Source: Candidatus Harrisonbacteria bacterium (GTDB taxonomy: Bacteria > Patescibacteriota > Minisyncoccia > UBA6257 > 02-FULL-45-10c). Taken from it: a DNA stretch of 64,000 bases. Positions 55,278 through 64,000 of the stretch are shown here, piece after piece. The notes under the pieces are model-generated. The model was not told the origin of the DNA and ran no database searches. It worked only from the letters and a program-made list of their open reading frames with translations. Each line of letters begins with the position of its first letter. Position 1 is the stretch's first letter. Location: contig JACROC010000002.1 of assembly GCA_016214655.1 (NCBI GenBank), positions 3,801-67,800 of the forward strand, read 5' to 3'. A program made the position numbers and the translations under genes.

Positions 55278-56000
55278 CTATTGTAGCTCTGCATTGATGA
55301 ACTTATCAAGATCTCCGGCTAAAACCTTATCCGGCTGATGGCTAACCATTTTAGTACGGTGATCTTTCACTTGTTGATAGGGATGGAGAACATAAGAACG
55401 GATTTGATTCCCCCATTCGGGTGTCACCTTCGTTCTTAATTTTGAAAGTTCCCTTTCTTGTTTTTCTTCCATTAATTTGAACAACTTCGCTTTCAGAAGT
55501 GAAAGTGCCTTTTCTTTGTTCTGAGATTGGGAACGCTCTACCTGGGAAGCAGCCGCCAAACCAGTCGGTAAATGAACTACCCTAACCGCAGTTTCTCGTT
55601 TATTGACATTTTGCCCGCCAGGACCGCTAGAGCGGGATAATTCAAATTTTAAATCTTCCGGAGGAATAGTTAAATTCTTCGCCTCCAATTCCGGTAATTC
55701 CGGCAAAACCTCCACCAGGGCAAAAGAAGTATGACGTAACTGCTTTGCGTCAAACGGAGAAATCCTGACTAGCCGATGCACGCCGACTTCTTTTTTTAAA
55801 CTACCATACGCATATTCCCCCCTTATGTCTATTGCCCGCTCATCGATCAGGCTTACCTTCCAGCCACGCTTCTGGGCATACTTTACATACATATTCAAAA
55901 GCATATTCGCCCAATTCTTTGCGTCTTCTCCGCCAACTCCAGGATGAATAGAAATATGCGCATGGCCCTTATCGTATTTTCCAGTTAATTGTTTAAACAT
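55278..56000 (-). CDS. prfB: Peptide chain release factor 2 lacking N-terminal domain 1 (240 aa), no programmed frameshift site
   Basis: SPF-type motif RHTSFA, GGQ (SSGPGGQNVNK). ORF begins at the equivalent of E. coli residue about 120; tRNA-Thr sits 8 nt upstream of the start. Confidence 0.8.
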   Translation of the reverse strand: MFKQLTGKYDKGHAHISIHPGVGGEDAKNWANMLLNMYVKYAQKRGWKVSLIDERAIDIRGEYAYGSLKKEVGVHRLVRISPFDAKQLRHTSFALVEVLPELPELEAKNLTIPPEDLKFELSRSSGPGGQNVNKRETAVRVVHLPTGLAAASQVERSQSQNKEKALSLLKAKLFKLMEEKQERELSKLRTKVTPEWGNQIRSYVLHPYQQVKDHRTKMVSHQPDKVLAGDLDKFINAELQ

Positions 56001-56007
56001 ATATTTG

Positions 56008-56078
56008 AGCCAAAGGCGGGAATCGAACCCACGTTTATCGCTTACGAAGCGACTGTTCTGCCACTGAACTACTTTGGC
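56008..56078 (-). tRNA. tRNA-Thr(CGU)
   Basis: GCCAAAG/CTTTGGC acceptor, anticodon loop TTCGTAA, T-loop TTCGATT, 71 nt. Confidence 0.8.
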
Positions 56079-56093
56079 ATTAAAACTAAAATA

Positions 56094-56792
56094 TTATATC
56101 AAATTACTCACTAAATATCCAACCCAATACGCGACTACCGCTGCTATCCCGCCGACAAACAACATTTCCAATCCGGACCAAAACCAATTTTTTCTGGTTA
56201 TAAAATGCCTGGCCGAGCCCACTAAAAATAAAGACACGGCCGTAAAAATCACCGAGGCATTGAGGGTCTGGGCTGGAGAAACCGGCAAAACTATAAACGG
56301 CAACAACGGCAGCGTACCCGCAAAGACAAAAGTCAAAAAAGTCATAGTTGCAGCTTTCCATTCTCCACCGACCGACGGCATACTCAGTTCCAATTCATAC
56401 CTCATCATGAAATCCACCCAAAAATTCTTGTTTTTGCTTATCAAATTCACTAACTGGCTGGTGTCAACGTCGGAAAATCCCTTATTTAAAAATACCTCAC
56501 GAACCTCCTCTTTTTCACTGTCCGGCAAATTCTCCACCTCATCAATTTCCCGTTTTTCTTCTTCTTTAAATAAGGAATGCTCAGAGGTAGTTCCCAAATA
56601 ATTACTGGCCGCCATCGAAAAACCGTCAGCTAATAAATTAGATATTCCCAAAATAATAATTACCGCTGGAGATAAATCAGCTCCGGCGGCGCCAGCCACG
56701 ACGGCAAAAGTGGTAATAATGCCGTCATTGGCTCCATAAACCATGTCCTTGATATACACACCCAGACCAGTTGAATGTTTTTCGGTTTGCAT
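56094..56792 (-). CDS. VIT1/CCC1-family Fe/Mn transporter
   Basis: ANDGIITTFAVVAG signature, N-terminal cytosolic + 5 TM. Confidence 0.8.
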   Translation of the reverse strand: MQTEKHSTGLGVYIKDMVYGANDGIITTFAVVAGAAGADLSPAVIIILGISNLLADGFSMAASNYLGTTSEHSLFKEEEKREIDEVENLPDSEKEEVREVFLNKGFSDVDTSQLVNLISKNKNFWVDFMMRYELELSMPSVGGEWKAATMTFLTFVFAGTLPLLPFIVLPVSPAQTLNASVIFTAVSLFLVGSARHFITRKNWFWSGLEMLFVGGIAAVVAYWVGYLVSNLI

Positions 56793-56809
56793 ATTGCGGA
56801 GCGAGTGAA

Positions 56810-56880
56810 GGGAATCGAACCCTCGTCTCGACCTTGGGAAGGTCGCATACTACCACTGTACTACGCTCGCAAAATTTAGC
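56810..56880 (-). tRNA. tRNA-Gly(CCC)
   Basis: GCGAGCG acceptor (one A-C mismatch), anticodon loop TTCCCAA, T-loop TTCGATT, discriminator U. Confidence 0.75.
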
Positions 56881-56922
56881 TCTAGATTCTTGTTATGGTA
56901 CGGGACCTGGAAAGATCGCATA

Positions 56923-57501
56923 CTATCGAAATTTTACAGAATTACCATCCCATTGTAAATCCGGAATTAAAATTGTAATACTCGCCTGGTCTCTCTTATT
57001 TTTAAGCCAGTTATCGAATTTTTCATTGGCTAATAACATTCTGCCCTCTAAAATTTCTTTATAAGCCTGAGGTAAAAGAATCCGCTCCCGGAATTCGAGA
57101 AGATTTAAGCCGTATAAGGCCTTGATTCCGGCCTCCAAATTGCTTTTATTTTCCAAAATTTTATCAATATTATTATCAGCTATTGCCTGAAATTCATTTG
57201 GAAATCGTTTATTTAATTCATTATACACAAGCAGATCGGAAATCAATTTATCCAAAACCGCTCTCCGGATTTCCCGGCGGGCTTCGGGTTTTTCCAATTC
57301 TTTCGGATCAGATCCGGATATGGAAGTCAAATTCTGCAAATACTTTTGAGCGGCGAATGAATTTTTATCCACTTCTTTTGCGGTAATAACCCTGAATCCC
57401 ACTACCGCGGCCGGATAATCGCCGTTTCGAACTAAAAAATAACTACTTAAACCCACGGCTATGAAAACTGTAAAAAGTATAAGGGAATTCTTAAAAGACA
57501 T
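56923..57501 (-). CDS. Periplasmic SurA-N/PpiD-N-like chaperone-domain protein
   Basis: N-terminal TM, helical domain resembling the SurA N-terminal region; no PPIase domain. Confidence 0.35.
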   Translation of the reverse strand: MSFKNSLILFTVFIAVGLSSYFLVRNGDYPAAVVGFRVITAKEVDKNSFAAQKYLQNLTSISGSDPKELEKPEARREIRRAVLDKLISDLLVYNELNKRFPNEFQAIADNNIDKILENKSNLEAGIKALYGLNLLEFRERILLPQAYKEILEGRMLLANEKFDNWLKNKRDQASITILIPDLQWDGNSVKFR

Positions 57502-57585
57502 ATATAGCGATACAAAACTACGAATGCATCCGAATCAACGAAGAAATTATTTGTAGATTCGCATAAATTTGTAGTTTCGCATCGG

Positions 57586-57861
57586 TCATTCCGCCTTCGG
57601 CGGCACGACAATAATCAGCTTTTCTCCGGGTTTCTTGTAATTGAACCGCCCGCGCAGCTCTTTTTCTAAATTCACCGGATTGGCAAAATATTCCAAATCG
57701 GCCTGAAACTGCAAACTCTCTCTGTTAAAATTATCAACTCTGGTATCTATTTTGGATAAAGTGTCTTCTAACTCCCGATTTTGAAGGAATAATTGATAAA
57801 GCTGCCACAATAAAGCCAGAACCACCAGCAGAAGAATTATAGTTAAAATTCGCCTAGCCAT
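57586..57861 (-). CDS. FtsB/DivIC-like septum formation initiator (TM + coiled coil)
   Basis: 91 aa, N-terminal TM then heptad-repeat region. Confidence 0.5.
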   Translation of the reverse strand: MARRILTIILLLVVLALLWQLYQLFLQNRELEDTLSKIDTRVDNFNRESLQFQADLEYFANPVNLEKELRGRFNYKKPGEKLIIVVPPKAE

Positions 57862-57873
57862 ACTTTAATGCTA

Positions 57874-59760
57874 TCACTTTTTAAGCAACTCCTTAAAGAT
57901 GCTGGCGGGAACGTCTATTTTAGATTTAGAAGCGAGCTCTTTAAGTTTTTCTTTACCGCGCTGCTGTTTTTTCCAGAGTTTCATCTTCCGAGTGCGATCG
58001 CCGCCGGTTTTCCCGAAATTTCCAAGTAATTTTTTCAGAGCCGGGATATTTTCTCTGGCCAAGATTCGTCCACCGGCAACCGCTTGAAGCGCCTGAGCAA
58101 ATTGCTGTTTCGGCAGCAAACTTTTCAGGCGTTCCACGGTTTTTCTGGCTTCTTTTTCCGCATCTTCTTTATGAATAATTCTAGTTAAACCACCAACTTC
58201 TTGCCCGGCGACCAAAACGCTGAGTTTAACCACCTCGGTTTTTTCGTAATCGGAAATTCCATAACTCAAGGAGGCATAACCAGCAGAAATAGATTTTAAC
58301 TGATCATCAAAATCCCTAATTAATTCCGACAAGGGCAATACCCCGGTTATCAAAATAGTTCTGCCACCGAAATTCTGAGTTGATAAATCCTTTAATCTGA
58401 AGACTTCCTGCAGCTGTAATACCGAACCCAAATATCCCGACGGAGTTAAAATTTCTACCTTAGCGATCGGCTCCATCACCTCCAAATAATCGTCCGGGAA
58501 ATCTTTTGGATTATTGATAATCGCCCACTCTCCATTTCTCATCCTTACTTTATAAGATACAGAGGGAAAACTGTGAACCGTACGTATGTCAAACTCTTTT
58601 TCCAAACGTTCAGCGGTAATTTCAAAATGTAGCTTTCCTAAAAATCCGGTTTTAAAACCGCGCCCTAAAAACTCATTAAAATCCGGGTCAAATTTCAACG
58701 CCGAATCGTTAAGCTTCAATTTCCCAAAAGCTCTTTTTAAATCCTCATAATCATCGCTTTCTTCCGGATAAAAAGAAACAAACACGACTGGCTGCGGATC
58801 TTTATATCCTGGCAAAGCCAAATTTTGACCGACGACCAACGACTGACGACTGACGACCGTATCCCCAATTTTCAACAATTCCGGATCTTTTAAGCCGGTG
58901 GCTATATATCCAATTTGCCCGTTTTCCAGCTTCTGATCAACGCTTAGTTCCGGAGCAAAATGGCCAAGCTCTTTAACTTTAAAATTGGCTGCAGTCGCAA
59001 TCAAAGTTACATCTGAATCCTGGCCAACCAATCCATTAAAAACTCGAACCGCCGCGACAATTCCTTTATGTTCGTGATAAAAAGAATCGAATATGAGTGC
59101 GCGGAAAATTTGTTGCCCCCCTTCGCTAGCTTGGCGGCCTTGACCGCCAAAACCCGCTACAGCGGACGAAGGCGGCGGGATTTTCTCAATAACCGCCCCG
59201 AGAAGCTCCCCTACTCCCTGTCCGGTTTTTCCGGAAACTTTAAAAATTTCCGATTCCGGAACATCAAGTAATTCCGCAGTACTTTTAACAACCTCCGGCA
59301 ATAAAACGGGGTTCATATCGATTTTATTAACCGCGCCGATAATTTTAAGTCCGGCGCGCTTGGCAGAATTAAAATTCGCCAAAGTCTGGGCCTGTATTCC
59401 CTGGGTCGCGTCCACTAATAAAATCGCACCGTCCACCGCAGCCAAAGCACGAGAAACTTCATAAGAAAAATCAGTATGACCAGGGGTATCTATCAGATTC
59501 AGAATGTATTCTGAATCTGATAACAATTGACTTTTGACATTTAACATCTGACCCTTTGTTCCGGATGGTCGGTAGATCATCCGGACTGGCGCCATTTTAA
59601 TAGTAATTCCCCTTTCCCGCTCGGATTCCAGCTGATCCAAATACTGCTCTTTCATCCGACGCTTTTCTACCGTACCAGTAAGCTCCAGAAAGCGGTCGGC
59701 TAAAGTGGATTTGCCATGATCTACGTGAGCGATAATACAAAAGTTACGAATATTTTCCAT
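57874..59760 (-). CDS. lepA: Elongation factor 4 (LepA)
   Basis: AHVDHGKST, DTPGH, LepA-specific C-terminal domain; 628 aa. Confidence 0.95.
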   Translation of the reverse strand: MENIRNFCIIAHVDHGKSTLADRFLELTGTVEKRRMKEQYLDQLESERERGITIKMAPVRMIYRPSGTKGQMLNVKSQLLSDSEYILNLIDTPGHTDFSYEVSRALAAVDGAILLVDATQGIQAQTLANFNSAKRAGLKIIGAVNKIDMNPVLLPEVVKSTAELLDVPESEIFKVSGKTGQGVGELLGAVIEKIPPPSSAVAGFGGQGRQASEGGQQIFRALIFDSFYHEHKGIVAAVRVFNGLVGQDSDVTLIATAANFKVKELGHFAPELSVDQKLENGQIGYIATGLKDPELLKIGDTVVSRQSLVVGQNLALPGYKDPQPVVFVSFYPEESDDYEDLKRAFGKLKLNDSALKFDPDFNEFLGRGFKTGFLGKLHFEITAERLEKEFDIRTVHSFPSVSYKVRMRNGEWAIINNPKDFPDDYLEVMEPIAKVEILTPSGYLGSVLQLQEVFRLKDLSTQNFGGRTILITGVLPLSELIRDFDDQLKSISAGYASLSYGISDYEKTEVVKLSVLVAGQEVGGLTRIIHKEDAEKEARKTVERLKSLLPKQQFAQALQAVAGGRILARENIPALKKLLGNFGKTGGDRTRKMKLWKKQQRGKEKLKELASKSKIDVPASIFKELLKK

Positions 59761-59805
59761 CCGTAGATTTTAGCTTAAAAAAACAAAAGAAGGAAGGATT
59801 GGGGG

Positions 59806-60885
59806 TCAATTCAGTTTGCTTATAATTTCCAAAATCTTATTTTTAAATCTGGTTTTAGAAAATCTTTTCGCCGATTGCCGTATAACTTCCTCATCAAATG
59901 ATGACAATAAAAATTTCTTAACCGCCATCACCACATCTTCCACTGTCTGATGATGAAAAAATATTCCGGTCATTCCGTCTTGAACGATCTCCTTAGCTCC
60001 GCCCCGCGAATAAGCAATAACCGGGGTTCCGCAAGCCTGAGCTTCCGCCGCCACCAAGCCAAAATCCTCTTCTTGCGGGAAAATCAATGCCTCTGCTCCA
60101 TTGTATAAATTTTTAAGCTCTTCCTCCTTCACAAATGGCAAAAAATTAATCTTGGAAGATTTGGCCAATTGTTTTAAATTCTCCAGCTCCGGACCGCCGC
60201 CAACTACTAAAAGCGGGAGATTTAATCGGATAAACGCCTGGATGATCAGATCAAATCTCTTGTATGCCAGCATCCGGCCGACTGCCAGAAAATATCCGCT
60301 TTTCTTAATGGTTTTATCTCGATAAAAAATCTTCAAATCAACCGGCGGATACAACACCCCGGATTCCCGGCCATAATAATCCTTAATTTTCTTAGCAATG
60401 TATTCGGAGTTGGCAAGAAGAACTTTCGGCCTTTGGCCGGCGCTTTTGTCCCAGGAGCGTAAATACCAAAAAATCGGAGCGGATAAAAATTTGGCAATCG
60501 GTCCCCAGTTAAAATATCTTTGATGTTCCCAGGCGTAACGAAGCGGAGTATGGCAATAATTAATATGAATTGTATGGCCATTATATCGGATTCCCTTGCC
60601 GTAACCGGCGCTAGAAGATAAAACCACATCGTACTGATCGCGAAGATTTATCCTGGATGCAGCCAGCGGCATAAGCGGAATAAAAGCGCGGTGATTATTG
60701 ACCACGGCTTTATTATCCAAAAAACTGGTGCCCTTAACCCGGCCCTCAAACCGGTTCAAGGTTTTTTCGCGATCATAAAAAAGTGTATAAATAGGCGCTT
60801 CTGGAAAAATTTCCGCAAAAGTCTCCAACACCCGCTCGGCTCCGCCATATTGATTTAAATAATCGTGGACTAAAGCAATTCGCAT
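59806..60885 (-). CDS. GT4-family glycosyltransferase
   Basis: EX7E motif EDFGLVAAEAQACGTPVIA. Confidence 0.85.
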   Translation of the reverse strand: MRIALVHDYLNQYGGAERVLETFAEIFPEAPIYTLFYDREKTLNRFEGRVKGTSFLDNKAVVNNHRAFIPLMPLAASRINLRDQYDVVLSSSAGYGKGIRYNGHTIHINYCHTPLRYAWEHQRYFNWGPIAKFLSAPIFWYLRSWDKSAGQRPKVLLANSEYIAKKIKDYYGRESGVLYPPVDLKIFYRDKTIKKSGYFLAVGRMLAYKRFDLIIQAFIRLNLPLLVVGGGPELENLKQLAKSSKINFLPFVKEEELKNLYNGAEALIFPQEEDFGLVAAEAQACGTPVIAYSRGGAKEIVQDGMTGIFFHHQTVEDVVMAVKKFLLSSFDEEVIRQSAKRFSKTRFKNKILEIISKLN

Positions 60886-60918
60886 AAATATTGAATCATG
60901 AATTATGAATAATGAATT

Positions 60919-61545
60919 ATGGGTTCTATAATAAATGTAATGTCATATCAAAGTATAAAGCGAATCATAGATATTTTGGGAGCGATTTTGGGGATAACTT
61001 TTTTAATCCCGCTATATCCCCTCATCGCCATCGCCATCAAATTAGATTCCAAGGGCCCGGTTTTAATAAAACTCGATAGGGTTAGCAAGGGCAAGATAAT
61101 TAAAGTTTATAAGTTTCGCTCTATGCGTCCGGGAACTCATCAAATGAAATATAAAGAACTGGCCCGATTAAATGAACGTAAAGACGGCCCATTTTTCAAA
61201 ATTAAAAACGACCCGCGGCTGACGCGGATTGGCAAATTATTAAGAAAATTCCGGCTGGACGAATTTCCCCAATTAATCAATGTACTTAAAGGAGAACTAT
61301 CCTTAGTCGGCCCGCGCCCGCATGAACCGGAAGAAGTTATCCATTACCCGGAACAATATCGCGACCTGACCCTGGCTAAAACCGGAGTTACCGGACTTTC
61401 ACAAGTCGGCGGAGCATCCAGCCTGTCTTTTTTAAAAGAACTGGAACTGGACAACCACTATATTAAAAATCAAACCGTCTGGCTGGATCTTAAAATCCTC
61501 TTAAAAACAATCGCCATCCTCTTCACCGACCCGACTGGGGTATAA
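60919..61545 (+). CDS. Polyprenyl-phosphate sugar phosphotransferase (bacterial sugar transferase, WbaP C-terminal-type)
   Basis: GEMSLVGPRP-type motif (ELSLVGPRPHEPEEV), single N-terminal TM. Confidence 0.85.
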   Translation: MGSIINVMSYQSIKRIIDILGAILGITFLIPLYPLIAIAIKLDSKGPVLIKLDRVSKGKIIKVYKFRSMRPGTHQMKYKELARLNERKDGPFFKIKNDPRLTRIGKLLRKFRLDEFPQLINVLKGELSLVGPRPHEPEEVIHYPEQYRDLTLAKTGVTGLSQVGGASSLSFLKELELDNHYIKNQTVWLDLKILLKTIAILFTDPTGV

Positions 61546-61551
61546 TTAATT

Positions 61552-62535
61552 ATGATGACAGAAAAACGAAAATACAGAAAAACTAAAAAACTTTTCTTAG
61601 GTTTTTCTGTTTTTTTGTTTTTAAGTTTTTTTGTTTATAACCCAGCTAATGCTGCCACCTTTGATTCAAATTTACTCCCCGGAATCACCAATACTTTTGA
61701 CTTAGGCCTATCTTCTACTAGATGGCAAGATTTATATTTGTCCAGAAATATACTAATAGGGGGAAGCTTATTAACTGGAAATTTAGCCACCGATCCCGCC
61801 GGTTCAAACGGCATGATTTATTACAGCACCGCCTCCTCTACTTTGCGGGCTTATCAAAGCGGAAAATGGAATGACTTAGGCAGATGGAATTTTTCAGCTT
61901 CAACTAACAGCATTTACAACAATAATGCCGGCAACGTCGGCATCGGCACTTCTAATCCGTCGCAAAAATTAGAAGTAAACGGCACTGTCCAGACAACCGG
62001 ATTCAGATTAACCACCGGCGCTCAAAACGGTTACATACTCACTTCCGATGGCAGCGGCTTTGGCACCTGGCAAGAACCCGAGGGGCAAGATATATATTGG
62101 ATATCATCCGGCGACAACATCTACAGCGTTAATAGCGGAAATATCGGGGTCGGGACCTCATCCCCGCAGCAAAAACTTCATGTTTATAATGGAACGCTCT
62201 TAATTGACACCACGCCATCTATGGGCGCCGATATAGACAGCGCTGATATCGGAAACATTGAATCAAATTCAGTCACCACCGCCAACCTGACGCTTGGCAA
62301 TAATCTGTATGTGCGGAATTCTTTTAATGTCGGCTCTGGCGGAATCAGCTCAGCCGGTGAAATCAGCGCCGCCAGTTATTTAAAAATCGGGAGAATACTC
62401 ACCAGTCCGCCGATAAATTTTGATTGTGATGAAGAAGTTGAAAGGGGGCGGATGGCGGTAGATAAAAGCAATTTCCGGCTCTACATTTGCAACGGCGCCG
62501 GAAGGAAATGGGATTACATACAGCTTAACGATTAA
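61552..62535 (+). CDS. Secreted repeat protein sharing tail-fibre-like N-x-GN-I/V-GIGT-x-SP motif domains with the downstream pilin
   Basis: Signal peptide; repeats NNAGNVGIGTSNPSQKLEVNGT / NSGNIGVGTSSPQQKLHVYNGT. Confidence 0.5.
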   Translation: MMTEKRKYRKTKKLFLGFSVFLFLSFFVYNPANAATFDSNLLPGITNTFDLGLSSTRWQDLYLSRNILIGGSLLTGNLATDPAGSNGMIYYSTASSTLRAYQSGKWNDLGRWNFSASTNSIYNNNAGNVGIGTSNPSQKLEVNGTVQTTGFRLTTGAQNGYILTSDGSGFGTWQEPEGQDIYWISSGDNIYSVNSGNIGVGTSSPQQKLHVYNGTLLIDTTPSMGADIDSADIGNIESNSVTTANLTLGNNLYVRNSFNVGSGGISSAGEISAASYLKIGRILTSPPINFDCDEEVERGRMAVDKSNFRLYICNGAGRKWDYIQLND

Positions 62536-62537
62536 CA

Positions 62538-64000
62538 ATGGCTACAAAGAAACAAAGAAACAGAGAAACAAAGAAACAAGCTCCATGCGATGGTTTTACT
62601 CTCGCGGAAATTTTAATTTACACCGCCATCATGGCAATTGTCGGTACTCTTTTCACTGGAATCTTAATAACCGTTACCAAAATCCAAAATCGCCAGTCAA
62701 CGTCTGCAGAAGTGGAACAACAAACCAATCTGGTTCTTCAAAATATTCAAAGGTATGTCCGGGAATCTAGTTTGATCGATATCGCTACCGGAACACCGGC
62801 AACAACTCTGATTTTAAGATTGGAAGATCCGGCCAGAGATCCGGTAAATATTTATCTGGCTAATAACCAAATTTTTGTGCGCGAGGCAGCGAATAGTCCA
62901 TCTGCCCTGACTACGGATAAAATCAAAGTGGACAGACTAATCTTCATAAAAACAGTTACCTATCCCGGACGCGATTCCCTGCAGGTCGATCTAGTTATCA
63001 GTTTCAACAGCCAAAATCCGGAAGAACAATTCACTAAAACTTCCAATACCAATATAAGCCGCTCCGGAACCGCCATCTTTAACACCGACATTAACCCAAC
63101 TGCGGATAATGCCTTTAGTCTCGGTTCGTCTTTAAACAAATGGAAGAATTTATACCTGTCCGGAAATCTTTCCCAAACCAGCGGCACCATAACTTTCGGC
63201 AATTTAACCGATGATCCGTCCGGAGCCAACGGAACTATTTATTACAATAGCGATCTCCAAACCTTCCGTGCTTACCAAAATGATTCTTGGAAAGATCTCG
63301 GACAATGGACTTATTCATCAACCGACGCTTCGATTCATAATTCCAACAATGGGAATATCGGAATTGGCACTGCTTCTCCGAATGACCAATTGGATGTTAA
63401 CGGCATAATTAAATTAACTGGATTTAAAATGCCAACAGGAGCGCAATCAAATTTCGTCCTAACTTCCAATGCCAGCGGCCTCGGATCTTGGCTACCAAGC
63501 GTCGGGGAGGGCAATTGGGAATTATCAGGAAATAACATTTATAACAAAAACAGCGGAGGTGTCGGCATAAACACCAATAACCCGACTGGCAAACTGGAAA
63601 TCAAAAATGGCACGCTTTTAGTTGACGGTCCGGCTAATCCGATTTTAGCGGGAAGCTATAATGCGCCGGGCAATACCCGTGGAATTTATGTTTCCGGGAA
63701 ATATGCTTTCCTCGCTAGCAGCGGGTTACGAATAATTGATGTGTCCAACCCAGCTAATCCAACGCAAGTCAGCAGCGTAGAAACTGATGGGTCCAAAGGA
63801 GTTTTTGTGGCCGGTAAATATGCTTATGTCGGTACGGCCGAAAATGGCCTAGCGATTATAGATATTTCCAACATAAATAATCCAACCATAGTCGGAACAT
63901 ATAATTCTCCTGGCGATGGAAGACAGGTGTACGTCTCCGGCAAATATGCTTATTTAGCTGATGCCGGGTCCGGACTGCAAATTATTGATATTTCCAATCC
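62538..64000 (+). CDS. Type IV pilin-like protein with class III signal (G|FTLAEIL), tail-fibre-like and LVIVD-type repeats; 3' end beyond window
   Basis: MATKKQRNRETKKQAPCDG-FTLAEILIYTAIMAIVGTLF prepilin motif with E+5; open frame to window end. Absent from the ORF track, probably because it has no stop in the window. Confidence 0.7.
   Translation, partial: MATKKQRNRETKKQAPCDGFTLAEILIYTAIMAIVGTLFTGILITVTKIQNRQSTSAEVEQQTNLVLQNIQRYVRESSLIDIATGTPATTLILRLEDPARDPVNIYLANNQIFVREAANSPSALTTDKIKVDRLIFIKTVTYPGRDSLQVDLVISFNSQNPEEQFTKTSNTNISRSGTAIFNTDINPTADNAFSLGSSLNKWKNLYLSGNLSQTSGTITFGNLTDDPSGANGTIYYNSDLQTFRAYQNDSWKDLGQWTYSSTDASIHNSNNGNIGIGTASPNDQLDVNGIIKLTGFKMPTGAQSNFVLTSNASGLGSWLPSVGEGNWELSGNNIYNKNSGGVGINTNNPTGKLEIKNGTLLVDGPANPILAGSYNAPGNTRGIYVSGKYAFLASSGLRIIDVSNPANPTQVSSVETDGSKGVFVAGKYAYVGTAENGLAIIDISNINNPTIVGTYNSPGDGRQVYVSGKYAYLADAGSGLQIIDISN

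Noticed and set aside
62585-62770. 61-aa ORF in the ORF track
   Set aside because: Lies out of frame inside the long pilin-like reading frame that starts at 62538 and runs off the window.

Overview
This 64-kb window comes from a low-GC (about 40%), gene-dense bacterial chromosome with short genes. It resembles an uncultivated, reduced-genome lineage: type IV pilin with LVIVD-like repeats, MacAB-type efflux, many tiny secreted or membrane proteins. I cannot place it taxonomically from sequence alone.

The flanks (1-27 kb and 44-64 kb) are mostly housekeeping genes. They include a sensor kinase, RNase H1, a DHH exonuclease, pgk, NDH-2, mraY, a D-Ala-D-Ala carboxypeptidase, scpAB, dnaX, typA, a DEAD-box helicase, an ABC-F protein, a subtilisin, greA, a dual-specificity phosphatase, an ECF sigma factor with a MacAB-like efflux operon, msrA, a LOG protein, ftsEX, prfB, a VIT transporter, lepA, glycosyltransferases and pilin-like surface proteins. 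There are five tRNAs: an Ile-like tRNA, Lys, Gln, Thr and Gly. I also identify an RNase P RNA (rnpB) on the minus strand at about 2792-3137.

Further non-coding calls:
- Two GC-rich ORF-free transcription units with textbook sigma70 promoters and intrinsic terminators (about 1699-2166 and 17648-18160) that I cannot assign.
- A roughly 140-nt GC-rich structured element present twice (7834-7970 and 16252-16392) with compensatory stem changes.

The most unusual region is a 16-kb accessory island (about 27.9-43.8 kb). It holds about 25 short single-gene units, almost all on the minus strand and mostly secreted, membrane or unknown proteins. Each unit is wired to one of a few near-identical intergenic cassettes:
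- T1: a TTGACA-17-TAATAT promoter with a conserved hairpin 5' UTR.
- T2: a conserved 40-bp GGGTCGGCAACTGGATC...TTAGAAC element directly upstream of a TTGACT promoter.
- T3: a terminator hairpin with covarying stems and a conserved loop.

The island also contains an IS481-type transposase interrupted by a single in-frame TGA. It reads as a cassette array or regulon of effector-like small genes served by shared mobile regulatory modules.

No CRISPR array and no rRNA were seen.
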